From an uncultured Bacteroidota bacterium (GTDB lineage: Bacteria; Bacteroidota; Bacteroidia; AKYH767-A; 2013-40CM-41-45), in assembly GCA_963775555.1 (NCBI GenBank), contig CAVZJJ010000004.1, positions 408,420-472,419 on the forward strand: a DNA stretch of 64,000 nucleotides, read 5' to 3'. A program made the translations under genes and the position numbers. Shown here one piece after another: positions 40,426-52,403 of the stretch; within the stretch, counting starts at the first letter, position 1; every line of letters begins with the position of its first letter. The notes under the pieces were generated by a model, which was given only the letters and a program-made list of their open reading frames with translations, was not told the DNA's origin and did not search any database.

Positions 40426-42583
40426 ATGAGCAACGAATTAAAGAAGACACGCAACATTGGTATTTCCGCGCACATTGATGCGGGTAAAACCACCACCACG
40501 GAGCGCATCCTGTATTACACAGGCAAGGTGCACAAGATTGGTGAGGTGCATGAAGGTGCTGCTACTATGGACTGGATGGTTCAGGAGCAGGAGCGTGGAA
40601 TCACCATTACTTCAGCTGCCACTACTACTTATTGGAATTACAAGACGAAACTTATAAGATTAATATTATTGACACACCGGGTCACGTTGACTTTACCGTT
40701 GAGGTGGAGCGTTCATTACGTGTACTGGATGGTGCCGTAGCACTTTTTTGTGCTGTCGGTGGAGTAGAGCCACAGTCGGAGACAGTATGGCGTCAAATGA
40801 ATAAATATCATAGTTCCTCGTATCGGTTTTGTCAACAAGATGGATCGTGCAGGAGCTAATTTTCTGAATGTTGTTCAGCAGGTAAAAGAGCGTCTTCATG
40901 GCAATCCGGTTCCGCTTCAACTTCCAATCGGTGCTGAAGATATGTTCAAAGGTGTTGTTGACCTGATTACTAACAAAGCAATTATCTGGCATGATGAAAC
41001 TAAAGGTGCAACCTTTGATGAAGTGCCTATTCCTATCGATATGCAGGCTGATGTAAATCACTGGCGTGCAAATCTGGTTGAAGCAGTTGCTGAATTTGAT
41101 GATCATTTGATGGAGAAGTTTTTCGAAGATCCGAACTCCATTACTGAAGATGAATTGCGTAATGCAATTCGTCTGGCTACAAATGCCATGAAGATTACTC
41201 CTCTTCTGTGCGGATCAGCATTTAAAAACAAAGGTGTTCAGGTGATGCTTGATGCGGTTATTGAATTTCTTCCTTCTCCGATGGATGTTGAGCCTAATTA
41301 CAGGAATTAATCCGAATACAGACGCTGAAGAAACGCGTGAACCAGATCCTAAAGATAAATTTGCCGCACTTGCATTTAAGATTGCAACAGATCCTTTCGT
41401 AGGTCGTCTTGCTTTCTTCCGTGTATATTCCGGTAGACTGGATGCAGGTTCTTATGTATTAAATGCACGTACTAATAAGAATGAGCGTATTTCACGTATC
41501 ATCCGTATGCATGCCAACAAACAGAGTCCGATTGATTTTATCGAAGCCGGTGATATTGGTGCTGCAGTTGGTTTTAAAGACATTAAAACCGGCGATACCT
41601 TTGTGATCCGAATTACCCAATCGTTCTTGAGTCAATGTCATTCCCTGTTCCGGTTATCGGACTTGCGATTGAGCCAAAAACTCAGGCTGACGTAGATAAG
41701 TTAGGTATGGCACTTGCCAAACTTGCTGAAGAGGATCCAACGTTCCGTGTGCACACTGATGAAGATACAGGCCAGACCGTTATTTCCGGAATGGGTGAAT
41801 TACACCTGGAGATCATTGTTGATCGTCTTCGTCGTGAATTTAAAGTTGAATGTAATCAGGGTGCACCACAGGTTTCATATAAAGAAGCTCTATTGGTAGG
41901 AGCAACTACGCACCGTGAGGTTTATAAAAAGCAAACGGGTGGTCGTGGTAAATTCGCAGATATCCAGTTTGAAATGGGTCCATGTTGACGCAGGAGTGGG
42001 TTGGAAAAAGGACATACCGGTCTTCAGTTTGTGAATGAAATTTCAGGTGGAAGTATTCCTCGTGAATTTATTCCTTCAGTTCAAAAAGGATTTGATCAGG
42101 CAATGTCAACAGGTGTTCTTGCAGGTTATCCAGTGGATATGCTGAAAGTTCGCTTATTTGACGGTTCATTCCACGCAGTTGACTCTGATGCACTTTCTTT
42201 CGAGATCTGTGCTAAGATTGCATTCCGTGAAGCTGCGCCAAAAGCGAAAGCCGGTTTTACTGGAGCCAATCATGAAAGTTGAAGTGGTTACTCCGGATCT
42301 TTATATGGGAGATGTGATGGGTGACCTTAACAAACGTCGTGGTCATCTTGAAGGAATGGATACTCGTGCAGGTGCACAGGTAATTCGTGCCAAAGTTCCT
42401 CTGTCTGAAATGTTCGGATATGTAACAACACTTCGTACCATCACTTCAGGTCGTGCTTCATCAACCATGGAATTTTCTCATTATGCAGAATGTCCTCGTA
42501 CACTTGCTGAAGAAGTTATTGCAAAAGTAAAAGGCAAATCCAAAAGCAGAAAAAGTTTAATTGATACAGTAAAGATTCCATAA
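40426..42583 (+). CDS. fusA: elongation factor G, seven frame segments
   Basis: G1 motif [34 protein letters not shown] (out of frame), domain IV/V motifs [15 protein letters not shown] and the C-terminal FSHYAE. Confidence 0.9.
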
Positions 42584-42604
42584 ATACTAAAACGTTCTTT
42601 CAAC

Positions 42605-42914
42605 ATGTCACAGCGAATTCGCATCAAATTAAAATCTTACGATCACAACCTGGTTGATAAATCAGCGGAGAAGATTGTGAAGACAGTGAAAAGTTACAGG
42701 TGCAGTAGTAAACGGACCAATTCCACTTCCAACGGATAAGAAAATATTCACAGTTCTTCGTTCACCGCACGTAAACAAGAAAGCGCGTGAGCAGTTCCAG
42801 TTATGTTCTTACAAGCGACTTCTCGACATTTACAATTCATCAGCAAAAACAGTTGATGCCTTGATGAAGTTGGAATTACCAAGTGGAGTAGAAGTTGAAA
42901 TTAAAGCAAGTTAA
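42605..42914 (+). CDS. rpsJ: 30S ribosomal protein S10, one extra base near 42700
   Basis: [25 protein letters not shown], then [28 protein letters not shown]. The ATG-to-stop distance is 3n+1. Confidence 0.9.
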
Positions 42915-42981
42915 ATAATAATAATACAGGGTGAATGTTTGGCATAATGTCCAAACCTCTGACCATTAAAGATACAAGACA

Positions 42982-43600
42982 ATGTCAGGAATTATCGGAA
43001 CGAAAATCGGAATGACCAGTGTCTTCGGACCAAATGGAAAACAAATTCCATGTACGGTCATTCATGCCGGACCTTGTGTTGTCACTCAGGTGAAGACAAA
43101 GGATACAGATGGTTATAATGCTGTTCAACTTTCTTATGGAGAGCGTAAGGAAAAGCATGCAACAAAGGCAACTACAGGTCACTTCAAAAAAGCAGGTACA
43201 ACTCCAAAGAAGAAAGTGATGGAATTTCGTCATTTTCCTGAATTACCGGCACTGGGATCTGAGATGAAAGTTGATCTTGTTTATTGAAGGAGAGTTTGTG
43301 GATGTTGTCGGAACAAGCAAAGGAAAAGGTTTTCAGGGTGTTGTTCGTCGTCACCACTTCGCCGGAGTAGGTATGCAGACACATGGTCAGCACAACCGTC
43401 TTCGTGCGCCGGGTTCATTGGGAGCATCATCATGGCCTTCACGCGTAATGCCAGGAATGCGCATGGGTGGTCACATGGGACATACGCGTATCAAAATTCA
43501 GAACCTTGAGGTAATTAAAGTTATGCCTGAAGAAAATATATTGGTTATTAAAGGTGCTGTACCGGGGCACATTGGTTCATACGTAATTGTCGAGAAATAA
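42982..43600 (+). CDS. rplC: 50S ribosomal protein L3, one frame break near 43280
   Basis: [15 protein letters not shown]..., then [19 protein letters not shown]. Confidence 0.9.
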
Positions 43601-43601
43601 C

Positions 43602-44237
43602 ATGGAAGTAACAATCGTAGATATCTCCGGAAAAGAGACCGGAAAGAAAGTAAAGCTGAGCGAGAAGATTTTCTCGATCGAGCCGAATGATCACGCGATC
43701 TATCTTGATGTGAAACAGTTTCTGGCAAATCGTCGTCAGGGAACGCACAAATCAAAAGAGCGTGCTGAAATAGCCCGTACCACAAAGAAGTTGAAGCGTC
43801 AGAAAGGTACAGGCGGAGCTCGTGCAGGTTCAATGAAGTCACCATTGTTTGTTGGTGGTGGTCGTGCATTCGGTCCTCGTCCGCGTGATTATTCATTTCA
43901 AGCTGAATAAGAAATTGAAGCACCTGGCATGTTTGTCGGCACTTACTTACAAAGCAAAAGATAAAAATATCACTGTTGCTTGAGAATTTCAACATGGCAG
44001 CTCCTAAGACAAAAGGATATACAGACATCTTGAAGAATCTGAATCTCACTGATAAAAAGGTGTTGATGGTATTACCACAACATGACACGAATATTTTCTT
44101 GTCGTCAAGAAATTTAGAACGTAACAAAATAACTACAGCAGCTGAATTAAATACATACGATGTTCTAAATGCACAGACACATTGTTTTCGTTGAAGGTTC
44201 TGTATCTGTACTTGAAAATAGATTCTTAGCACAATGA
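43602..44237 (+). CDS. rplD: 50S ribosomal protein L4, several frame breaks
   Basis: [12 protein letters not shown]...[32 protein letters not shown], with later fragments in other frames. The stop overlaps the rplW ATG (ATGA). Confidence 0.85.
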
Positions 44238-44526
44238 GCATCCTGAAGAAACCCCTCATTACCGAGAAGACGACAAAATCCGGCGAAAAGCTGGGTCAAT
44301 ATGGATTTGTAGTTGACTACAACGCCAACAAGATCCAGATCAAAAAGGCCGTTGAGAAAATGTACAATGTCACGGTTGAAAGTGTGAACACGATGGTGTA
44401 CCGCGGAAAACGGAAGACTACGTTTCACAAAAACCGGTATACAAGCCGGAAATACCGGTTCATTCAAGAAAGCAGTGGTTACTCTCAAAAAAGGAGAAGT
44501 CAATTGATTTCTATAGCAACATTTAA
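44234..44526 (+). CDS. rplW: 50S ribosomal protein L23, frame break near 44420
   Basis: [15 protein letters not shown]...KIQIKKAVEKMYNVTVESVNTM. The C-terminus KKAVVTLKKGEVIDFYSNI is in another frame. Confidence 0.85.
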
Positions 44527-44544
44527 AATTAGGAGAGTAGAATC

Positions 44545-45368
44545 ATGGCAGTAAAAAAAATTCGTCCAATGACTCCGAGCCAGCGACACACGATCTCTGA
44601 TTCGTACGATGATATTACAGCATCACGTCCTGAACCAAGCTTGGTTGTTTCTCAAAAAGCGCAGTGGCGGACGGAATGCAGATGGAAAGATGACTATGCG
44701 TTATATCGGTGGTGGTCACAAGCAGATGTATCGTCTGATTGATTTCAAGCGTAACAAGCACGGAATTGAAGGAATTGTAAAGACGATCGAATATGATCCA
44801 AACCGTACAGCTCGTATTGCTCTTGTTTATTACAAAGATGGTGAGAAGCGATATATCATTGCTCCAAACGGATTGAAAGTCGGACAAAAAATATTTTCCG
44901 GACGAGACAGCAACTCCGGAAATCGGAAATGCTTTATACCTGAAAGATATTCCACTGGGAACATTGATTCATGGAATTGAATTACGTCCGGGTCAGGGTG
45001 CAGAGATTGCACGCAGTGCAGGAACATATGCTCAGTTGGCTGCCCGTGATGGAAAATATGCAATCATTAAAATGCCATCAGGTGAAACACGTATGATTCT
45101 GACTACTTGTCTTGCGACAATTGGAACAGTATCCAATGCTGATCATATGCAGGAGCGTCTTGGTAAAGCAGGTCGTTCACGTTGGGCAGGTCGTCGTCCA
45201 AGAGTTCGTGGTGTTGCAATGAATCCGGTTGATCACCCTATGGGTGGAGGTGAAGGTCGTGCATCTGGAGGTCATCCACGTTCACGTAAAGGCTTACTTG
45301 CAAAAGGCTTCAAGACCCGCAAGAACAAAACCACAGATAAATATATTATTGAAAAACGTAAAAAATAA
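44545..45368 (+). CDS. rplB: 50S ribosomal protein L2, several frame breaks
   Basis: [15 protein letters not shown]..., [39 protein letters not shown]. Confidence 0.9.
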
Positions 45369-45424
45369 TTTCATTTAATTGATGATTGGTTTCTCCGGGA
45401 AACAATCTTAAATGAAAAATCAGA

Positions 45425-45721
45425 ATGGCTCGTTCGTTAAAAAAAGGTCCTTACATCGCACATCACCTGGAACAGAAGGTGGTGAAGATGGCCGATGGCA
45501 AAAAGAAAACGGTGATCAAGACATGGTCACGTGCATCGATGATTTCTCCGGAATTTGTCGGATTCACATTTGCTGTCCACAATGGAAATAAATTCATTCC
45601 GGTTTACGTCACCGAAAACATGGTAGGTCATAAATTGGGTGAATTCGCACCAACCCGTACATTCCGTGGTCATAGTGGTGCCGAAAGCTGGAGGAAAATA
45701 AGATATAAGCATTCAATCTAA
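45425..45721 (+). CDS. rpsS: 30S ribosomal protein S19, probable frame break at the extreme 3' end
   Basis: [15 protein letters not shown]...[35 protein letters not shown]. The tail after GHSGA looks shifted. Confidence 0.85.
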   Translation: MARSLKKGPYIAHHLEQKVVKMADGKKKTVIKTWSRASMISPEFVGFTFAVHNGNKFIPVYVTENMVGHKLGEFAPTRTFRGHSGAESWRKIRYKHSI

Positions 45722-45729
45722 TTATCATC

Positions 45730-46199
45730 ATGGGAGTCAGAAAAAGAGAAGCTGCTGAAAAACGCAAAGAGGCATTGAAAGACAACATCGATTGCCAAAC
45801 TTGTTAATGTTCCAACATCACCTCGTAAAATGCGTGTTGTATCAGATCTGGTACGTGGCGTTGAAGTCATGAAGGCTTTGAACATACTTCAAGTACAATG
45901 CAAAAGCTCCGGCTGCACGTCTGGAGAAACTGTTACAATCAGCAATTGTAAACTGGGAATCAAAGACCGGTGATAAAATTGACGAAGGAAAAGTATATGT
46001 GAAGACAATAGCTGTTGACAGTGCACGTATGTTGAAACGTCTTCGTCCTGCACCACAAGGTCGTGGATACCGTGTACGGAAGCGTTCAAATCACGTAACT
46101 ATCATCCTTGATCAACATTGCCAACCGTCCGGTTTCCGGGAAAGGAAATTAAATCGTGAGTCAAGCAGAGGAAGTAAAATAATTCTCATTCAAAAATAA
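45730..46199 (+). CDS. rplV: 50S ribosomal protein L22, several frame breaks, 3' end uncertain
   Basis: MGVRKREAAEKRKEALK, then PRKMRVVSDLVRGVEVMKAL, then VDSARMLKRLRPAPQGRGYRVRKRSNHVTIIL. Confidence 0.8.
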
Positions 46200-46244
46200 A
46201 CAACGCAATTCAAGGTCTGCGGACTGAAGAAAATAAAACAAACG

Positions 46245-47079
46245 ATGGGACAAAAAGCAAATCCAATAGGAAACCGACTGGGAATCATCAGAGGATGGGA
46301 CTCGAACTGGTATGGCGGCAGAAAATATGCTGACAAACTGGTTGAGGACGAAAAGATCCGTAAATACCTGATGGCTCGTCTTCAGAAAGGTGGCGTTTCC
46401 AAGATCGTGATTGAGCGCACAATGAAGTTGATCACTGTTACTGTTCACACTGCCCGTCCGGGTATTGTGATTGGAAAAGGTGGACAGGAAGTTGATAAGC
46501 TGAAGGAAGAACTTAAGAAGCTCACTAAGAAAGATGTTCAGATCAACATCTACGAAATTAAACGTCCTGAACTGGATGCTCAATTGGTAGCTGATGGTAT
46601 TGCTCGTCAGATCGAAGCTCGTATTTCATTTCCGTCGTGCAGCAAAAATGTCAATTGCATCTACAATGCGTATGGGAGCTGAAGGTATTCGTATCATGGT
46701 GTGCAGGTCGATTAGGTGGAGCGGAGATTGCACGTAGTGAAGGATATAAAGATGGACGAGTTCCATTACATACATTCCGTGCTGATATTGATTTCGCGAT
46801 TGCAGAAGCACAAACTTCTTACGGAAAAATCGGAATCAAAGTATGGATTTGTAAAGGTGAAGTATATGGTAAGCGTGATCTTATCTCCAAACGTCGGTTC
46901 AAGCGTAAATGTATCGGCTCCTAAAAGGAATGTCTGGTTGCAGGTCGTGACGTGGTGACCGAGGTGATCGTGGAGATCGTGGTGGATCGTGGTGGAACGC
47001 GGCGGTAGTCGTGGCGGAAGCGTGGCGGCGGTCGTGGTGGCAAAGCGGTGGCGGTGGCCGCGGACGCAAGAAAGATTAA
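46245..47079 (+). CDS. rpsC: 30S ribosomal protein S3 with Arg/Gly-rich C-terminal tail, several frame breaks
   Basis: [23 protein letters not shown]..., KH domain [39 protein letters not shown]. The last 150 nt encode RGG/DRG repeats ending [10 protein letters not shown]. Confidence 0.85.
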
Positions 47080-47124
47080 TTGTTGACAGGAGATAATAAC
47101 AACAGTAAAAAGTTAGATTCAATC

Positions 47125-47544
47125 ATGTTACAGCCGAAAAAGACAAAATTCAGAAAACAACATAAAATGGTTCCGAAGGGTAATGCTACCCGTGGACATG
47201 AACTTTCATTTGGTTCATTCGGAATCAAATCGCTTGAAACTGGTTGGTTGCCAAGCAAGCAGATCGAAGCAGCTCGTGTGGCTGTAACACGTTACATGAA
47301 ACGTGAAGGTCAGATCTGGTGCCGTATTTTTCCTGATAAGCCGATCACACGTAAACCTGCAGAGGTACGTATGGGTAAAGGAAAAGGTAATCCGGAATTC
47401 TGGGTGGCTGTTGTAAAGCCAGGAACGATCATCTTCGAAGCAGAAGGTGTTTCAGAAGCTACAGCACGTGAAGCACTTCGTCTGGCAGCACAGAAATTAT
47501 CAGTGAATACCAAGTTTATTATCCGTCGCGATTTTGCTGAATAA
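47125..47544 (+). CDS. rplP: 50S ribosomal protein L16
   Basis: [14 protein letters not shown]...[19 protein letters not shown]. Intact. Confidence 0.9.
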   Translation: MLQPKKTKFRKQHKMVPKGNATRGHELSFGSFGIKSLETGWLPSKQIEAARVAVTRYMKREGQIWCRIFPDKPITRKPAEVRMGKGKGNPEFWVAVVKPGTIIFEAEGVSEATAREALRLAAQKLSVNTKFIIRRDFAE

Positions 47545-47593
47545 GCAGTAAGCTCAGATAAAAATTGATTAAAAATAATAGAAGTATCTTATC

Positions 47594-47797
47594 ATGAAAA
47601 AAGAGGATATAAAAGAATTGACAAACGATGAACTTCGTCTTCGTCTGGAGGAAGAAAAAGTCCTCTATACGAAAATGAAGATGAATCATGCCGTTTCTCC
47701 GATCGAGAACCCGATGAAGATTCGTGCTGTTCGTCGCGGAATTGCAATGCTCCACACAGAATTGACAAAACGTGCAAAGGCTGCACCAAACAAATAA
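47594..47797 (+). CDS. rpmC: 50S ribosomal protein L29
   Basis: 67 aa, ELTNDELRLRLEEEK pattern, with the expected position between rplP and rpsQ. Confidence 0.85.
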   Translation: MKKEDIKELTNDELRLRLEEEKVLYTKMKMNHAVSPIENPMKIRAVRRGIAMLHTELTKRAKAAPNK

Positions 47798-47815
47798 TAA
47801 GCGGAAATTTCAATC

Positions 47816-48088
47816 ATGGAAAATACTATCACAGAAAAACGCGGATTGCGTAAAGAACGGACCGGTATTGTTGTCAGCAACAAGATGAACAAGAGTATCG
47901 TTGTTTCTGTAGAGCGCAAAGTGAAGCACCCGATTTACGGAAAGTTCATCAAGAAGACGAGCACCTTCATGGCGCACGATGAAAAAAACGAAAGTGGCAT
48001 CGGTGATCTTGTTATGATCACAGAAACACGTCCGCTCAGCAAGAACAAATGCTGGCGATTAACTCAAATTATTGAAAAGGCAAAATAA
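47816..48088 (+). CDS. rpsQ: 30S ribosomal protein S17
   Basis: [33 protein letters not shown]...[14 protein letters not shown]. Confidence 0.9.
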   Translation: MENTITEKRGLRKERTGIVVSNKMNKSIVVSVERKVKHPIYGKFIKKTSTFMAHDEKNESGIGDLVMITETRPLSKNKCWRLTQIIEKAK

Positions 48089-48162
48089 ATAAAGATTAGA
48101 TCTGCAGCCAAGTGATTGCGGAAGTCGAATATTAAGCAATCAAGTTTAACTACCGAATAACA

Positions 48163-48533
48163 ATGATACAGCAAGAATCCAGATGTGTAGTTGCCGATAA
48201 CAGCGGAGCAAAAGAAGTTCTTTGTATCCGTGTACTTGGCGGTACCAAGAAAGAGATACGCTTCCCTTGGCGACAAAATAGTTGTGACTGTAAAGCACGC
48301 TTTACCATCAGGAAACATCAAAAAAGGAACGGTAACAAAAGCAGTTGTTGTTCGCACCAAGAAAGAAGTGAAACGTCAGGATGGATCTTACATCCGTTTC
48401 GACGACAATGCAGTTGTGCTTGTTGAATGCACAGGACGAATTACGTGGTACACGTATTTTCGGACCGGTTGCCCGTGAACTTCGTGAGAAGCAATTTATG
48501 AAAATCGTTTCATTGGCACCAGAAGTAATTTAA
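48163..48533 (+). CDS. rplN: 50S ribosomal protein L14, two frame breaks
   Basis: [18 protein letters not shown]..., then [20 protein letters not shown], then [29 protein letters not shown]. Confidence 0.9.
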
Positions 48534-48559
48534 ATTAAGAAGAATAAGATACCATTACC

Positions 48560-48898
48560 ATGGAAAGAAAATATAATAAACAACCAAAGCTTCACATCAC
48601 GCAAAGGGTGATATCGTGAAGGTTATTGCCGGTGATTCGAAAGGATCTCAGGGCAGGGTGCTTGAAGTGATCTCAGGATAACGTCGAGTCCTGGTTGAAG
48701 GGGTTAATCTGGTTAGCAAGCATACAAAACCAAATGCAAAGAACACTCAGGGTGGTATCGTGAAGAAAGAAGCTCCGATTCACATGTCAAATGTTCTGCT
48801 GATTGATGGAAAAGGAAATGCTACTCGAGTAGGTCGAAGAAGTGGAAGGCGATAAATTAGTTCGTTACTCTAAAAAGTCAGGGGAGGTAATCAAATAA
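48560..48898 (+). CDS. rplX: 50S ribosomal protein L24, frame breaks
   Basis: [22 protein letters not shown] and [34 protein letters not shown]. The stop overlaps the rplE ATG. Confidence 0.85.
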
Positions 48899-49453
48899 TG
48901 GCATATACACCACGATTAAAAGACAAGTATACACAAGGAAATTGTTCCTGCTCTTTCGAAGAAATTCAACTACAAAAGTGTAATGCAGGTTCCACGTCTT
49001 GTTAAAGATCTGTGTGAATCAGGGAGTAGGTGATGCAGTCAGTGATAAGAAACTTATTGATTAGCAATGCATGAAATGATCGATCGTAACCGGACAGAAA
49101 TGTGTGCCGACGAAATCGAAGAAAGATATCTCGAACTTCAAACTTCGTGTAGATGTTCCGATCGGAGTACGTGTTACTCTGACGAGATGTGAACATGTAC
49201 GAGTTCCTTGATCGTTTGATTTCTGTTTCTCTTCCACGTATCCGTGACTTCCGTGGAATCAATCCGAAAGGATTTGATGGAAGCGGAAATTACACACTAG
49301 GTGTTACTGAGCAGATCATCTTCCCTGAGATCGATATCGACAAGGTAAATAAAATCACCGGAATGGACATCACATTTGTTACGTCTGCAAAGACTGACGA
49401 AGAAGCGATGCAGCTCTTAAAAGAATTCGGTATACCTTTCCAGAGCAAATTAA
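48898..49453 (+). CDS. rplE: 50S ribosomal protein L5, several frame breaks, 3' end approximate
   Basis: [11 protein letters not shown]..., [46 protein letters not shown]. Confidence 0.85.
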
Positions 49454-49481
49454 TAATCCAGCTAAAAAAAAATATACCAAC

Positions 49482-49752
49482 ATGGCAAAAGAATCAATGA
49501 AGGCAAGAGAAGTGAAACGTGCTCGTATGACATGCTCGTTATGCTGAAAAGCGTGCTAGCACTTAAAGCTGCCGGTGACTATGCAGCACTTGATAAACTT
49601 CCAAAAAATTCTTCACCTGTACGTATGCACAATCGTTGCAAATTAACAGGAAGTCCACGCGGTTACATGCGTACGTTCGGAATATCACGTAACGTGTTCC
49701 GTTAATGGCTCTGAATGGAAAAATCCCGGGAGTAACAAAAGCTAGTTGGTAA
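49482..49752 (+). CDS. rpsN: 30S ribosomal protein S14 (long form), frame breaks
   Basis: [14 protein letters not shown]..., [30 protein letters not shown], and the end [11 protein letters not shown]. Confidence 0.85.
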
Positions 49753-49792
49753 TTAATAAATTAGAAACAAGGACAATGCAACATATAATACA

Positions 49793-50191
49793 ATGACAGA
49801 TCCTATTGCAGACTTCATTACCCGAATTCGAAATGCAGTGAGAGCAAATCACCGCATCGTGCAGGTACCTGCTTCGAATCTTAAAGAAGGACATGACAAA
49901 AATCCTTAAAGAAAAAGGGTATATCCTCGACTATAAATTCGAAGAGGACGACTAAACAAGGCCTTATAAAAATCGCCTTGAAATATCATCCGATCACGAA
50001 AGTTCCTGCGATCCGTAATTTGACACGTATCATCAAACCCGGACTTCGTAAATACTCAGGCGTAGAAGCTATGCCGCGTGTATTCAACGGTCTTGGTATT
50101 GCCATTCTGTCAACTTCAAAAGGTGTAATGACAGACAAAGAAGCGAAGACTGAAAAAGTAGGTGGAGAAGTACTTATGTTATGTTTATTAA
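49793..50191 (+). CDS. rpsH: 30S ribosomal protein S8, frame breaks
   Basis: [23 protein letters not shown]..., [29 protein letters not shown]. Confidence 0.9.
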
Positions 50192-50212
50192 TCTATAAAG
50201 AAAGAAATCGAA

Positions 50213-50768
50213 ATGTCACGAATTGGAAAATTACCGATAACGATTCCGGCCAAGGTAGAGGTCAAAGTCAGCAGGAATACCGTACATGTTAAGGGCGCCA
50301 AAGGCGAACTTAAACAGAAGCTTGTTATGGCATCATCTATCGAATATCGATGGAGATACCCTGACTGTGAATCGTGCATTCAGAAGCAAAACAACATCGT
50401 TCTTTGCATGGTCTGTATCGTTCATTGATCAATAACATGATCGTTGGTGTTTCAGAAGGCTTTATGAAACAACAGGAATTAGTTGGTGTAGGTTACAAAG
50501 CTACTAACCAGGGTCAGTTACTTGATCTTGTACTTGGTTATTCTCACCATTTCATTTTCGAAATTCCTGCTGAAGTAAAAGTTACTACAAAGACAGAAAA
50601 GGGACATACCTCCGACTATGATTTTAGAAAGTGCAGATAAACAATTTTAGGAGCAGTGCTGCAAAGATCCGCTCATTGCGTGTTCCTGAGCCTTACAAAG
50701 GAAAAGGTATTAAATTTACTGGTGAAGTTCTGAGAAGAAAAGCCGGTAAGTCAGCCGCTAAAAAATAA
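50213..50768 (+). CDS. rplF: 50S ribosomal protein L6, frame breaks
   Basis: [20 protein letters not shown]..., [20 protein letters not shown], and the tail [20 protein letters not shown]. Confidence 0.9.
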
Positions 50769-50776
50769 TTGAAGTC

Positions 50777-51131
50777 ATGTTAAGAAAACAGCTCCGAAGA
50801 AATAGTATTCGTACACGTATTCGTAAGTACGATCAAAGGAACAGCACAACGTCCGCGTTTGTCTGTCTTCCGTAGCAATAAACAAATTTATGCTCAGCTT
50901 ATCGATGATATAGTCAGGAGTAACATTAGCTTCAGCTTCATCAAGCTTCAAAAGATTTTGCTGCAAAAGGAAATAAAGTGGATATCTCTAAAGAGGTAGG
51001 AAAAGCGATTGCAGGAAAAGCACAGCAAAGCGGAATTCAATGCCGTTGTGTTTGACCGTGGAGGATACCTTTACCATGGCCGTATCAAGGCTCTTGCAGA
51101 AGGTGCACGTGAAGGCGGTCTGCAGTTTTAA
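50777..51131 (+). CDS. rplR: 50S ribosomal protein L18, frame breaks
   Basis: [20 protein letters not shown] (shifted) and [26 protein letters not shown]. Confidence 0.85.
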
Positions 51132-51164
51132 ATTAGTTCATCAATTTTGATCGAAAGAAGTACT

Positions 51165-51686
51165 ATGTCAGCAACAAACGTAAAGCGAGTAAAGTCAAGC
51201 GAGATCGAATTGAAAGATCGTCTCGTAACTGTAAACCGTGTAACTAAAGTAACTAAAGGTGGACGTGCTTTCACCTTCGCAGCAATCGTCGTAGTCGGTG
51301 ATGAGAACAGGAGTTGTAGGTCACGGACTTGGAAAAGCAAAAGAGGTTTCCGATGCAGTTCAAAAAGGTATCGATGATGCTAAGAAGAATCTGGTAAAAG
51401 TTCCAATCATGAAGAGGAACAGTTCCTCACGAATCATACGGTAAATACGGTGGTGCACTTGTATTTCTTAAGCCGGCTGCTCCCGGAACCGGAGTAATTG
51501 CAGGAGGTGCGATGCGTTCGGTTCTTGAGAGTGTTGGTATCCATGATGTACTTGGCAAAATCAAAAGGAAGTTCAAATCCACACAACGTGGTAAAAGCAA
51601 CTATCGATGCATTGTTGAAGATGCGTGACCCTGCTACGGTTGCTCAGCACCGCGGAATTAAAATGACAAAAGTATTTAACGGATAA
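51165..51686 (+). CDS. rpsE: 30S ribosomal protein S5, frame breaks
   Basis: [33 protein letters not shown]..., [22 protein letters not shown]. Confidence 0.9.
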
Positions 51687-51718
51687 TCGCTGTATACAGC
51701 GAATATAAAGATTACACA

Positions 51719-51901
51719 ATGGCAAAAGTGAAGATCACACTTGTAAAAAGCGGAATTGACCGTCATAAGCAATCAGAAAAGAACGCTGCATGCATTGGGT
51801 CTTACGCAAAATGCACCGATTCGGTAGAAGTTGAAGCTACTCCACAGATCCGAGGAATGATTGCCAAGGTTAAACATCTTGTTGATGTAAAAGAAATTTA
51901 A
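51719..51901 (+). CDS. rpmD: 50S ribosomal protein L30, ORF open but with an internal compensated frame excursion
   Basis: MAKVKITLVKSGIDR ... EATPQIRGMIAKVKHLV fit L30. The middle SEKNAACIGSYAKCTDS does not, whereas QKRTLHALGL and RKMH appear in the other frames. Confidence 0.8.
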   Translation: MAKVKITLVKSGIDRHKQSEKNAACIGSYAKCTDSVEVEATPQIRGMIAKVKHLVDVKEI

Positions 51902-51946
51902 TTGCAACAGCAAGAAATTGCACTAACAATTCAGAGGAGTCTATCA

Positions 51947-52401
51947 TGAATTTATCGACACTCAAACCTGCAAAAGGTTCAGTCAAAACAAACAAGACGA
52001 CTCGGAAGAGGAACCGGTTCAGGCCGCGGAGGTACTTCTACACGTGGACACAAAGGTGCTCAGTCACGTTCCGGCTATAGCGCAAAGCGTGGATTTGAAG
52101 GAGGGCAGATGCCACTTCAACGTCGTGTTCCAAAGTTTGGATTTAAAAATCCATTCCGTAACGAATTCCATGGAATCAACCTGGATACACTTCAGGCACT
52201 TGTTGAAACAATAACAAGTTGAGCAACATCACACCTGCTACTCTTGTTAGAAAATGGTCTTGCTTCTAAAAATGATAAAGTGAAAATTCTCGGTCGTGGT
52301 GAAGTGAAAACCAAGATTGAAATATGACAGCACATGCATTCTCCGCTACTGAGCAAAAGCAGCTCATTGAAACAAAAGGCGGCACAACAGCTATCATTTA
52401 A
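51947..52401 (+). CDS. rplO: 50S ribosomal protein L15, frame breaks
   Basis: [12 protein letters not shown]..., [18 protein letters not shown], and the [15 protein letters not shown] motif. Confidence 0.85.
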
Positions 52402-52403
52402 GT

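Noticed and set aside
43498-44259. 253-aa minus-strand ORF
   Set aside because: It is antisense to rplC/rplD, whose identity is unambiguous. Its sequence is low-complexity with no motif, so it is a shadow ORF.
46766-47122. 118-aa minus-strand ORF rich in His/Thr/Pro
   Set aside because: It is generated by the reverse complement of the GC-rich RGG-repeat tail of rpsC and is not an independent gene.
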